A stretch of 64,000 nt of DNA from a virus. Location of the stretch: IMG/VR virus record IMGVR_UViG_3300034121_001395. One strand, given 5' to 3'. The notes under the pieces are model-generated. The model did not search any database. It saw nothing but the letters and a program-made list of their open reading frames with translations, and had not been told where the DNA came from. Made by a program: the position numbers and the translations under genes. Below, piece by piece: positions 40,746 through 50,399 of this stretch; positions within the stretch are counted from its first letter, which is position 1; the number at the start of each line of letters is the position of its first letter.

Positions 40746-42640
40746 TTATTTTACAACCAACACGTAGTTTACTTTCTAGTTGTGATCAGTTGGCACTTGA
40801 GTTACAAATCGCTGCTGATAAGTCTTATAGCATTGATCCAAATAATCCAGCTGGATTTCTAATAAATTCAAGAGTTGGTCCACCTGCAACATTTTCACGA
40901 GCTTCAGGCGCAACCGAAGTAGATAGCGCTGGACGCATAGTATTTTCTAATGAAAATTTTGCACTATACTCAAATGAAATTATATTAAACAGAGGGTGGG
41001 CTTTAGGAGCTACTACATCTACACTAAGTGGAACCGCTCCGCTTGGTGGAAATGCTTATCTGATTACAGAAACTACAGATAATGCATTACATAACTGCGC
41101 TTCATATGGATCTACTACAAATATTGGTGCAATAACTACAATGCTAGGAATGATCTATACTGGCTCGCTCTTTGTAAAAAAAGTAGAGGGTAGCATTGAT
41201 TGGATTCAAATTACTATGGGTAGTGGTGGGTTTGGAACTGCACAATATGCAAATTTTAATATTGCCAATGGAACAGTTGGTAACTTTGCAAATTTAGCTC
41301 CTGGCACAACACCTACTATCGAAGCGTATGGCGATGGTTGGTATCGAGTAAGTATAGCTGCAGTAGCGACTGCTAACACAACAAACTCTGTTGCATTTTC
41401 TCTAGGTTTTATCAATAATATAAATGGTACGGTACGACTTCCTGTTTATGCTGGAAATCCAGCTAATCGAGTGTTTGCTGCTATGGGACAGTTTCAAAGA
41501 AACTCTTTTACTGGACCATATATCTTAACAACCACTTCGCCACGATTTGCTCCATCATTTTATCATGATCCGGCGTCTCTGCAAAGTCGAGGACTCTATA
41601 CAGAAGAAGGCAGAACCAATATAGTTCGACAAAGCGAAGCCTTTGAAACAACTTGGACGCGATCTGCTATAACTATTTCCTCAAATGTTGAAATATCACC
41701 ATCTGGAGATCGTACTGCAGATAGACTTATTGAAGATGCCTCAACTGCTGCGCACGGTATAGCGCAAAACATAACATATACTGCAACTCCTCATACATTT
41801 AGTCTCTATGCAAAAGCCGGTACAAGAAACTGGATACGATTAGGATTTGGAAATCCAACTCCAGACAATGTATGGTTTAATCTTGCTAATGGAACTATTG
41901 GAACAATATCAACTGGATTTTCTGCTTCTATGCAAAATGCTGGAAATGGTTGGTGGAGGTGTATAATAACGCGAACGCCAACTGCTGGTTTATTGAGTAC
42001 ATACATGCGTATTGCGTCTGCGGATGGAAACATAAGCTATCCTGGAAATGGATCTGGAGATGTTTATCTTTGGGGTGCACAGGTTGAACCTGGACCTTTT
42101 GTCACTCGATACAATCCAACTACGAATGCTAATACTATTCGCAGTGTTGATGTTTGTGATATTAATGGTGCAGGATTCGCTGAGATGTACAACCCACTTG
42201 AAGGCACATTATGTGTATCAGCAATTTTCAATGCTCCTATTAATTACTCAACTTCACAAATGTTGGTGGATATAAATGATACTACTGTATCAAATCGCTT
42301 AAGAATATTTAGACAAAATAGTACTGGATATAGTGGATTTAACAATACATCTAATTCGATAACAAATGTTTCAATTACTACTTCGGTTGCAGCTCAGCCG
42401 TTTGAGATTCAAAAATATTCTGTAGGATTTAAACAGAATGATTATGCGTTCTACGCTAACAATACTTTGATTGGAACAGACACTGATGGTGCGATGCCCA
42501 TCTCTCCAACCACGTTGACTATTGGTGATGCTGCAGTTGGGTTTTCGCGATTATACACCAATGGAATAATCTCCTCTATTCGATACTATCGTCGCCGATT
42601 GCCGAACCCTAAACTTCTGGCTCTCACACAGCCAGATTAG
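40742..42640 (+). CDS. Fibre/adhesin with two CBM-like repeats and a LamG-like C-terminus
   Basis: TFSRAS.AT; two copies of ...FN(I/L)ANGT...G.GW.R..I; ends IRYYRRRLPNPKL. Confidence 0.65.
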
Positions 42641-42657
42641 ATTTATAATCTTTACTT

Positions 42658-43050
42658 ATGATTGACTATATACTTAAATTTCCATCTAAAGAAGTCGCTC
42701 AACAGTTTGGACTCGCTAATGGTTTTGCTGTCCAAAATGAAAGTGGGGATATAGTCTCGCGTCTGGCAAGTTATGAGCATGCGTTGTATGAGATTGGAGA
42801 ACATTTTATTGCACAGCAGACAGACATCGTCGATGAGTCTGAAACAGAAAGCATTATTGAACAGCCAGCATTAATTGGTGACGGCCGATATTGGGTTCTT
42901 TTTCGTGATTTAGTAGGGATTCCAATTCCCGATGGAGCAGATCAGTTTATCTATTGGTCATCTAATCAAACATTTTTAAAGGATGACCAAGAAGTATATG
43001 TCTCTAGACCAATAGAAGATCCAAATGTTCCAAATATATTTTGGGCATAA
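42658..43050 (+). CDS. Hypothetical protein (possible fibre chaperone)
   Basis: 130 aa; MIDYILKF start, ends P.IFWA; follows the fibre gene. Confidence 0.6.
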   Translation: MIDYILKFPSKEVAQQFGLANGFAVQNESGDIVSRLASYEHALYEIGEHFIAQQTDIVDESETESIIEQPALIGDGRYWVLFRDLVGIPIPDGADQFIYWSSNQTFLKDDQEVYVSRPIEDPNVPNIFWA

Positions 43051-43091
43051 TTATTAAAGTTGAAATCATAAAATGTATAAATAGTTAAAGT

Positions 43092-43262
43092 ATGGAAAAA
43101 ACAAAAGAATTTATTGACAGCCTAATGAATGGTCAAAAAGAGACCTCAAATTCATTATTCTCTGGCATGATACGTGATAAAGTTCGTACAGTATTAGATA
43201 TCAAAAAGGTTGAACTATCAGCAAATATCTATAACGCTTCACAGCCACAAAGTGAAGTATAA
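43092..43262 (+). CDS. Small prohead core protein (gp67-like)
   Basis: Translated by hand, 56 aa: MEKTKEFIDSLMNGQKETSNSLFSGMIRDKVRTVLDIKKVELSANIY...; has its own TATAAATA; lies between gp20 and gp21. Confidence 0.7.
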   Translation: MEKTKEFIDSLMNGQKETSNSLFSGMIRDKVRTVLDIKKVELSANIYNASQPQSEV

Positions 43263-43297
43263 ACGTTAATTTTTATAAATAAATACACAACAATCGA

Positions 43298-43942
43298 ATG
43301 AAGTTAATTACCGAACATTCAGAAGATTTAAGATATATCTCAGAAGCTGCCGACAATGGTGAAAAGAAATTCATCATTGACGGTATTTTTATGCAAGCTG
43401 AACAGGTGAATCGTAATCGCCGTATATATCCAAAAACAGTTTTAGAAAAAGCCGTGCGTAAATACGTCGCGGAATATGTTAATAAAGGACGTGCTGTAGG
43501 TGAGCTTAATCACCCAGAAGGTCCTACTATTAACCTTGATAAAGTTTCACATCGCATTACCGAACTGCAATGGAACGGCAATGATGTTGTTGGAAAGGCG
43601 CTTATACTTGACACACCGATGGGTAAAATTGTGAAAGGACTTTTAGAAGGTGGTTGTCAACTAGGCGTCTCTAGTCGTGGTATGGGAACCGTTGCGAGTA
43701 AAAACGGCCAATCCTTTGTTAATGACGACTTTGTGTTGTCAACAGTTGATATTGTTCAAGACCCAAGTGCTCCATCTGCTTTTGTAAATGGAATTATGGA
43801 AGGTGTCGAATGGATCTGGGACAATGGTTTGTTAAAGGCGCAACAACTTGAAAATTATGAGACAGAAATCAAAAAGGCCTCTTCTGCAAGTCTTGCCGAA
43901 GCACAAACAAAAATCTGGACTGATTTCCTCTCCAAACTCTAA
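43298..43942 (+). CDS. gp21: Prohead protease gp21
   Basis: MKLITE; NRNRRIYP; GELNHP; GVSSRGMG; DIVQDPSAPSA. Confidence 0.97.
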   Translation: MKLITEHSEDLRYISEAADNGEKKFIIDGIFMQAEQVNRNRRIYPKTVLEKAVRKYVAEYVNKGRAVGELNHPEGPTINLDKVSHRITELQWNGNDVVGKALILDTPMGKIVKGLLEGGCQLGVSSRGMGTVASKNGQSFVNDDFVLSTVDIVQDPSAPSAFVNGIMEGVEWIWDNGLLKAQQLENYETEIKKASSASLAEAQTKIWTDFLSKL

Positions 43943-43962
43943 ACAATAGAAAAAAGTAATAT

Positions 43963-45552
43963 ATGGAAAATACAATAATTGAAAACACAGAAGATGTCGT
44001 CATTGAAGACATCAACGAAGAAACATTACTTTCTCTTGACGAAACCTTAGAGCTTGATCAGGAACAAACTGAGATCGCTGAAGGCAAGTGTAAGAAAGAG
44101 GGAGAAGACATGGAAGATGAAGAAGAGTCTGATGAAGACGAAAAAGAGGATGAAGAAGAGTGTGAAGATGACGAAGAAGAAATGACTGAAGCTAAAAAGA
44201 TGACTGAAGCTATAAATGCATCACGTAAAAAACAAATTTATGCTATTGCAAAGAAATTAGGAATAACTGAAGACGAAGTCAATAAACTCATAATTAAAAG
44301 CATAAAAGTCTATGGCGCTGCTGGAAGTGACTGGGGATGGATACGTTTACATCATATTCTGGAGTTTATACGTGATGAAGCAACAGGTAATACACAAAAA
44401 AAATTAATTAGTCTTGCTAAATCAGGAGACTTTAAGAAGCTTGATAAAGAAGCTAGTGATGGTTATGATCCAGAAATAGATGATTTAGAATATCATTATG
44501 AAGCTAAAAAGATGACTGAAGCTGAAGTAAGCTCTGATGAAGAGTTTACCTCATACGCTAAGGGTATTCTTAAGGCTGCTCATGGAGACAACTATGATGA
44601 AACCAAGGCAATGGCCGCAATTGAAGGCATCCTTAAAAAGGCTGATGGAGATTATGGTTCAGCAATTGGTATGCTTACAAGTGGTCTTGGCGAAGAAATG
44701 GAAGACGAAAAAGAAGTTGAGATGAAAGAATCAGAAGAAGTTATTGAAGAAAACACAATCTCAATTGATATATCTGACATTACTCGTCTCGTTGAAAGTG
44801 AAACAGGATTGACTGAAGAGTTTAAAGAAAAAGCTACTACAATCTTTGAAGCTGCTGTTAAGAGCAAGATCAAAGAAACTGAAGAAACTCTTAAAGAAAG
44901 CTATGCAGTCGCTCTTATTGAAGAAGTAGAAACAATTAAAAACGAACTCGTTGAAAAGATTGACAACTATCTTACCTATGCAGTTGAAAGCTGGGTAGAA
45001 GATAACGAGGTTGCAATCGAAGGCGGACTTCGTACACAAATTGCTGAAAACTTTATTCAATCACTCAAGACAGTATTTGTTGAAAACTATATTGAAGTGC
45101 CTGAATCCAAGAAGGATTTGGTCGCTGAGATGGAAACTTCAATCGCTCAACTTCAAACTGAGTCTTCAGAATTGGAAAACACAGTGCTTGCCCTCAACGA
45201 AAAGGTTAATAGCCTTACTCGTGAAAAGGTAATCTCTGAGTCTACAACAGATCTTGCTGATACCCAAGTTGAAAAACTCAAGTCATTACTTGAAGATATC
45301 GAATGCACATCAGAAACATCATTTCGCAAGAAGGTAGCTACCATCAAGGAATTTTACCTTAATGGCGCTGCAGTCGAAGAAACAGAAACATTGGTTGAAG
45401 AAAATGCCAATGAATCTTCCTATATAACAACCGAAACAGTTATAGAAAATGAAACAATTGCAGAAGAAACAGTTTCGCCTGCAATGCAAAAATACTTGAC
45501 CGCATTATCACGTCTGAACAAGGCAAATGAAGCCACTGTTCCAGTACGTTGA
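43963..45552 (+). CDS. gp22: Prohead scaffold gp22, elongated by inserted domains
   Basis: Acidic; LTEEFKEKATTIFEAAV; IDNYLTYAVESW; FVENYIEVP; MQKYLTAL; lies between gp21 and gp23. Confidence 0.9.
   Translation: MENTIIENTEDVVIEDINEETLLSLDETLELDQEQTEIAEGKCKKEGEDMEDEEESDEDEKEDEEECEDDEEEMTEAKKMTEAINASRKKQIYAIAKKLGITEDEVNKLIIKSIKVYGAAGSDWGWIRLHHILEFIRDEATGNTQKKLISLAKSGDFKKLDKEASDGYDPEIDDLEYHYEAKKMTEAEVSSDEEFTSYAKGILKAAHGDNYDETKAMAAIEGILKKADGDYGSAIGMLTSGLGEEMEDEKEVEMKESEEVIEENTISIDISDITRLVESETGLTEEFKEKATTIFEAAVKSKIKETEETLKESYAVALIEEVETIKNELVEKIDNYLTYAVESWVEDNEVAIEGGLRTQIAENFIQSLKTVFVENYIEVPESKKDLVAEMETSIAQLQTESSELENTVLALNEKVNSLTREKVISESTTDLADTQVEKLKSLLEDIECTSETSFRKKVATIKEFYLNGAAVEETETLVEENANESSYITTETVIENETIAEETVSPAMQKYLTALSRLNKANEATVPVR
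44187..44523 (+). repeat. 25-bp direct repeats flanking an in-frame cassette in gp22
   Basis: tgaagctaaaaagatgactgaagct at 44187-44211 and 44499-44523, 312 nt (104 codons) apart. Confidence 0.95.
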
Positions 45553-45602
45553 TAAAGGTTCCAACCCCAAACAACAACAAACAATAAAGAAAAAATACTA
45601 TT

Positions 45603-46895
45603 ATGTTTAATTCAGAAACACTAGAAAAAAAGTGGGCCCCAATTCTTGAGGCTCAAGACGCCCCTAAGTTCAAGGACAACTATCGTAAGTCAATTACTGC
45701 AGTTCTTCTCGAAAACCAAGAAAAAGCACTTAAGGAAGAAAATGCACAAGCTGCATATCTTGCTGAAGGCAACTCAATCGGTGACGGTACCGGTGCAGTT
45801 AAGACCTGGGATCCAGTTCTTATCAGCCTTGTTCGTCGTGCGATGCCAAACATCGTTGCTTATGATATCGCTGGTGTTCAGCCAATGACCATGCCAACTG
45901 GCTTGATCTTCGCTATGCGCAGTCAATATCAAAATGCAGCTGGTGTAAATACTGCTGAAGCTCTCTTCAATAAGCCAGACACCGCATTCGGTGGTCCAGT
46001 TACTACTGCACAAGGTGAAGCTCTCACTGGCAATGGTACAAATGGTAGCTATGTTGATCCAGATCCAGCTGTTGGTACTGTTCAAATTGGTCGTACAGCT
46101 GCTGCTGGTGGCTTTGGTCAAATGGGATTCACCGTTGACAAAACAACCGTTACTGCTAAGACACGCGCTCTTAAGGCTGAATATTCAATGGAACTTGCTC
46201 AAGACCTCAAGGCTGTTCACGGCCTCGATGCAGAAGCAGAACTTGCAAACATCCTCAGCACTGAGATTCTTGCAGAAATCAACCGTGAAGTTATCGATAC
46301 CGTTAACGCAAAAGCACAAGTTGCTGGCATCAATGGTACTTTCGATCTTGACCAAGATGCTGATGGTCGTTGGGCTGTTGAGAAGTTCAAGTCACTTCTT
46401 TTCCAAATTGAAGTTGAAGCTAACGCAGTTGCTAAGGCAACACGCCGTGGTAAGGCAAACTTTGTACTTTGCAGCAGCAATGTTGCAAGTGCTCTTGCTG
46501 CAGCTGGTGTGCTTGACTATGCTCCAGCTCTTGCAACCAACCTCAATGTTGACGACACTGGCAATGTATTCGCTGGTATGGTAAATGGCCGCCTCAAGGT
46601 GTTCATCGACCCATTCGCATCCGAAGACTATGTAACTGTTGGCTATCGCGGTACAAATGCATACGACGCAGGTATGTTCTATTGCCCATACGTTCCACTC
46701 ACAATGGTTCGTGCAGTTGATCCAGACACATTCCAACCAAAGATTGGCTTCAAGACACGTTATGGTCTCGTTGCTAACCCATTTGCTGGTAACCCAACAG
46801 CTAACGGCGGTACAGGTGCTAATGCAGCTAACCCATACTTCCGTAAGTTCACAGTAACTGGTATCGGTGGTTCTACTTACACTAACGCAGCATAA
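45603..46895 (+). CDS. gp23: Major capsid protein gp23
   Basis: DPVLISLVRRAMP; GVQPM; KTRALKAEYSMELAQDLKAVHGLDAEAELANILSTEI; FQPKIGFKTRYG. Confidence 0.98.
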   Translation: MFNSETLEKKWAPILEAQDAPKFKDNYRKSITAVLLENQEKALKEENAQAAYLAEGNSIGDGTGAVKTWDPVLISLVRRAMPNIVAYDIAGVQPMTMPTGLIFAMRSQYQNAAGVNTAEALFNKPDTAFGGPVTTAQGEALTGNGTNGSYVDPDPAVGTVQIGRTAAAGGFGQMGFTVDKTTVTAKTRALKAEYSMELAQDLKAVHGLDAEAELANILSTEILAEINREVIDTVNAKAQVAGINGTFDLDQDADGRWAVEKFKSLLFQIEVEANAVAKATRRGKANFVLCSSNVASALAAAGVLDYAPALATNLNVDDTGNVFAGMVNGRLKVFIDPFASEDYVTVGYRGTNAYDAGMFYCPYVPLTMVRAVDPDTFQPKIGFKTRYGLVANPFAGNPTANGGTGANAANPYFRKFTVTGIGGSTYTNAA

Positions 46896-46925
46896 TTTGT
46901 TGCAATAGGTAATAACCTTAAAATT

Positions 46926-46956
46926 AGAGGCTATCCGAAAGGATAGCCTCTTTTTT
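46926..46956 (+). terminator. Rho-independent terminator after gp23
   Basis: AGAGGCTATCC-GAAA-GGATAGCCTCT followed by a T-tract. Confidence 0.92.
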
Positions 46957-46970
46957 GCATAAATACTATT

Positions 46971-47426
46971 ATGATAGATTCAAATTTATTAGCGTTAACT
47001 GGATTCAAACTCTACATACATGCTGAAAATTTTAAGCATACCCAATATTTTGCGGTAAGTGCAAGTTTTCCTGCTGTGTCATTACCAGAGGTAACTACTG
47101 GATTTCGAAACTTACAAGGGTTTGTTCCAGGCGATAAGTTGGCATATGATCCATTAACTGTACGCATTGCAATAGATGAAAGTTTAGAGTCATATCGAGA
47201 GATTTTTAATTGGATCTATGCTAATACATCATCTGATGCACCTGTTAACTATGATATGTCATTACACTTTTTAACAAATCATAATAATATATCACGTAGC
47301 GTACGTTTTGCAAATGCTTTTCCAACAAATATTGGTGGGATTGAATTTAGCGTACAACAAACTGATTCAGAATATGCCTATGTAGATGTTACTTTTAGAT
47401 ATGACTATTTTGAATTTATAGAGTGA
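46971..47426 (+). CDS. gp3: Tail completion/sheath stabilizer gp3-like
   Basis: PGDKLAYDPLTVRIAIDE; F.NAFPT; VTFRYDYFEF; synteny gp23-gp3-uvsY. Confidence 0.85.
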   Translation: MIDSNLLALTGFKLYIHAENFKHTQYFAVSASFPAVSLPEVTTGFRNLQGFVPGDKLAYDPLTVRIAIDESLESYREIFNWIYANTSSDAPVNYDMSLHFLTNHNNISRSVRFANAFPTNIGGIEFSVQQTDSEYAYVDVTFRYDYFEFIE

Positions 47427-47442
47427 TATAGATATATAATAT

Positions 47443-47892
47443 ATGATGCAACTTGAAGATATACTTAAATTATGGGAAACTGACAGCGTTATTGATGAGA
47501 TTAATTTAGATGAAACAAGTGTCAAAAGCGCGAGTCTCCATTCTAAATATCTAGAACTTTATAGCATTGCAAAGTTAAATCTCAAAAAGAAAGAGCTCTC
47601 TATGGCTCATTTACGCAAAGATAAGTGGTTGTACTATAATGGTAAGATGACTAAAGATGAAATGGATGCCAAAGGATGGCAATATGATCCATTCTCTGGT
47701 ATGAGCAAACCACTTAAAAGTGATATGGAGTTATTTTACACTACAGACTCTGATATTATGAAACTTCAAGGACAAATAGAATATCAATCTACAATTGTTG
47801 AAGCTCTTAAAGATATTATGGACAATATAAAGTGGAGACAGTCTACAATTAAAAATATTATAGATTGGAAGCGATTTACGTCAGGCGTTTGA
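47443..47892 (+). CDS. uvsY: Recombination mediator UvsY
   Basis: WETDSVID; LHSKYL; KWLYYNGK; IKNIIDWKRF. Confidence 0.92.
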   Translation: MMQLEDILKLWETDSVIDEINLDETSVKSASLHSKYLELYSIAKLNLKKKELSMAHLRKDKWLYYNGKMTKDEMDAKGWQYDPFSGMSKPLKSDMELFYTTDSDIMKLQGQIEYQSTIVEALKDIMDNIKWRQSTIKNIIDWKRFTSGV

Positions 47893-48644
47893 TGACAAAC
47901 CTAGGCATAACTAAAGTTGACGAAACTTCATTGAGAATAGTCTCTAATGATTCTGGAATTCTTATGGAGCTTTCAGAACATTTTACTTTTTTTGCTGAAG
48001 GATATAAGTTTATGCCGCTGTATCGAAATAAGATGTGGGACGGCAAGGTGCGTCTCTATGATTCGCGTACTGGTCGCTTGCCATATGGACTGTTGTTTGA
48101 AGTGTTAAAGTTTGCAAACTCTCATGGTTATAGTTATGAATTGCATCCTAGCATAACTGAACGAGATGTACCAACATCACAGTCATTGTTAGATTATGCA
48201 AATAGTTTACATATTACAGGTGGTGAAACACGGATAACACCACGAGACTATCAACTTGAAGCATATGTACATGCTTGCACTGAAGGACGCAGTCTTGTAA
48301 TATCTCCTACAGGTTCTGGAAAAAGTTTAATTATCTACTTATGTGTTCGTTGGTTTTTAGAACATTATGACCAAAAGGTATTGATTGTAGTGCCTACAAC
48401 ATCACTCGTTCACCAAATGACAAAAGATTTTGAAGAGTATTCTAAATCTGATGATACATTTAATGTTGAAGATAGTGTATCTATGATAATGAGCGGATAT
48501 GATAAAAATCCCCAAAAAAATAAAATTAAATTGACTATGGAAGATGGATCAATACAGTCGTATTTTCCAAATGATATAGTAAATACTAGTAATAGAGGTA
48601 AAATTAAAGCTGGTGATTTAACTTTAAAAGATGACATAGTATAA
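47892..48644 (+). CDS. uvsW: UvsW helicase N-terminal fragment with 44-aa intein-like tail
   Basis: Likely start is the ATG at 47892. WDGKVRLY; PRDYQ; Walker A SPTGSGKS; motif Ia IVVPTTSLV. Helicase sequence ends near SGYDKN (48509). Confidence 0.92.
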   Translation: MTNLGITKVDETSLRIVSNDSGILMELSEHFTFFAEGYKFMPLYRNKMWDGKVRLYDSRTGRLPYGLLFEVLKFANSHGYSYELHPSITERDVPTSQSLLDYANSLHITGGETRITPRDYQLEAYVHACTEGRSLVISPTGSGKSLIIYLCVRWFLEHYDQKVLIVVPTTSLVHQMTKDFEEYSKSDDTFNVEDSVSMIMSGYDKNPQKNKIKLTMEDGSIQSYFPNDIVNTSNRGKIKAGDLTLKDDIV

Positions 48645-48673
48645 ATATACCTATAACAACCTTTGTAGGTATG
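48640..48673 (+). promoter_or_regulatory. Late promoter plus start-codon-sequestering hairpin for the HNH gene
   Basis: TATAAATA at 48640-48647; stem ATACCTATAA (48647-48656) pairs with TTGTAGGTAT (48663-48672), covering AGGT and the ATG at 48671. Confidence 0.75.
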
Positions 48674-49501
48674 AATTACTTTTTAAATGAACTTAATAAT
48701 CTTGCGATAAGCAATAAATATACAAAATGGTATAATGCCTTAATCAATCGCGCTATATCTAGGAATATATTAGATAATCCTATTGAAAACCACCATATAT
48801 TTCCAGTTTCGTTTAATCGTGATTGGAAAAATAAAAATGATAACAAAGTAGTTCTTACGATTCGGGAACATTTTATTTGTCATTTACTTTTAACAAAGAT
48901 GTTTTTTGGAGAAAATAGGTTAAAAATGGTTAGAGCGATGTTCTTTCTAAATCGCAGAAATAAATCTAAATCTTCAAGACAATATCTTGATTATAAATTG
49001 ATTTGGATAGATCATATGCAGAAAAATAATCCATTATTTGATGATAATACCAAACAGAAAATTAGTAAGGCTTTAAGTGGGAGAACTAAAGAAACTCATG
49101 ATTATATTAGAATCGCTAATATAAAAAAATCACAATATACTGCTGAGAATTCACAATGGCTACGAGATTCGCGAAATAAATTCAATGAAACTATTGCTAA
49201 GATGACAAAAGAAGAGCGGAAACAGAAATTTGGACATGAATGGTCTGATGAAGTTAGAAAAAAGTTTAGTTTAGAACGAACTGGTCAAACAAAGGAAAAT
49301 TCAGATCGTGTTCGCAAAATGTCGAAAACTAAAATAAAAAATAATTCCTTATTAAGCGCTGAAGAACGTAAAGCCAAACATTCTACTACTACAGGAATGA
49401 AATGGTATCATAATGATGAATTACGAATTTCAAAGTTAATGTTTCCTATTATAGATAATAATGAATGGGTGTTAGGCAGAAAAAAATATGAAAATATCTA
49501 A
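48671..49501 (+). mobile_element. Free-standing HNH homing endonuclease interrupting uvsW
   Basis: ENHHIFPVS...NKVVLTIREHFICHLLL (Mob-type HNH); repeated basic K.KIS.AL.G.TKE DNA-binding modules; KWYHN...W.LGR C-terminus. Confidence 0.9.
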
Positions 49502-50399
49502 AATTGATATCATTGAAACTCCATCGCCTGTTATTATTACTACATGGCAAAGCGCAATCACATTACAAAAATCATGGTTTCAAAGCTATGGTATGGTTAT
49601 AGGAGATGAAGCTCATCTCTTCAAAGCAAAAAGTTTAAATACGATTATGTCTGCATGTGTTAATGCATGTTATCGCATAGGCACTACTGGCACTCTTGAT
49701 GGCAGTCTTTGTAATGAACGAGTGCTTGTTGGTAATTTTGGTCCAACACATCGAGTAATTACAACAAAAGAGCTTATTGATAACGATACTCTTGCTGCAT
49801 TAAAAATTAAATGTATTGTATGCAACCACAGTGATGAACTTAAAAAGGTAATCTCTAAAGCAGACTATCAAACTGAGATAGATGCAATTGTGACTCATGC
49901 TGGTCGAAACTCTTTTATAGCAAACCTTGCGCTCGATCAAAAGGGCAATACACTCGTACTCTTTAATCTAGTTCAGAAACATGGCAAACCTCTTTTTGAA
50001 CTTATAAGTAGTATTAATAGTGATTCTAATAGACATATATTCTATGTGTCTGGAGAAGTAGACGCAACAAACCGAGAACACATACGTGAATTAACTGAAA
50101 CACAAAACAATGCAATTATTGTGGCGAGTGTTGGTACGTTTAGTACAGGAATCAATATCAAAAATCTGCACCAGATTATATTTGCTGCGCCAACAAAGAG
50201 TCAAATACGTGTATTGCAAAGCATTGGTCGAGGACTACGAAAATCTGATGATGGTCGACCAACAACAGTCTATGACATATCAGACAACTTCTCATGGAAA
50301 AAGAAAAAGAATTATACGCTGCAACACGCAATAGAGCGTACCAAAATGTATGCAAAGGAAGGGTTTAACTATAAACTATATGAAATACCACTGCAATGA
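49488..50399 (+). CDS. uvsW: UvsW helicase C-terminal fragment with a short intein-C-like head
   Basis: MKISKIDIIET, then PVIITTWQS, GDEAHLFKA, GTTGT, STGINIKNLH, QSIGRGLR. Confidence 0.92.
   Translation: MKISKIDIIETPSPVIITTWQSAITLQKSWFQSYGMVIGDEAHLFKAKSLNTIMSACVNACYRIGTTGTLDGSLCNERVLVGNFGPTHRVITTKELIDNDTLAALKIKCIVCNHSDELKKVISKADYQTEIDAIVTHAGRNSFIANLALDQKGNTLVLFNLVQKHGKPLFELISSINSDSNRHIFYVSGEVDATNREHIRELTETQNNAIIVASVGTFSTGINIKNLHQIIFAAPTKSQIRVLQSIGRGLRKSDDGRPTTVYDISDNFSWKKKKNYTLQHAIERTKMYAKEGFNYKLYEIPLQ

Noticed and set aside
48510-49520. Group I intron in uvsW
   Set aside because: There are only 26 non-coding nt upstream of the HNH gene and the downstream ORF overlaps it, leaving no visible room for a ribozyme core. 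Both halves have their own start/stop and protein-like extensions. Not formally excluded without RT-PCR.
48510-49520. Functional split intein in UvsW
   Set aside because: There is no block A, no TxxH and no terminal HN followed by C/S/T, so splicing chemistry is not supported. Reported instead as a non-splicing remnant.
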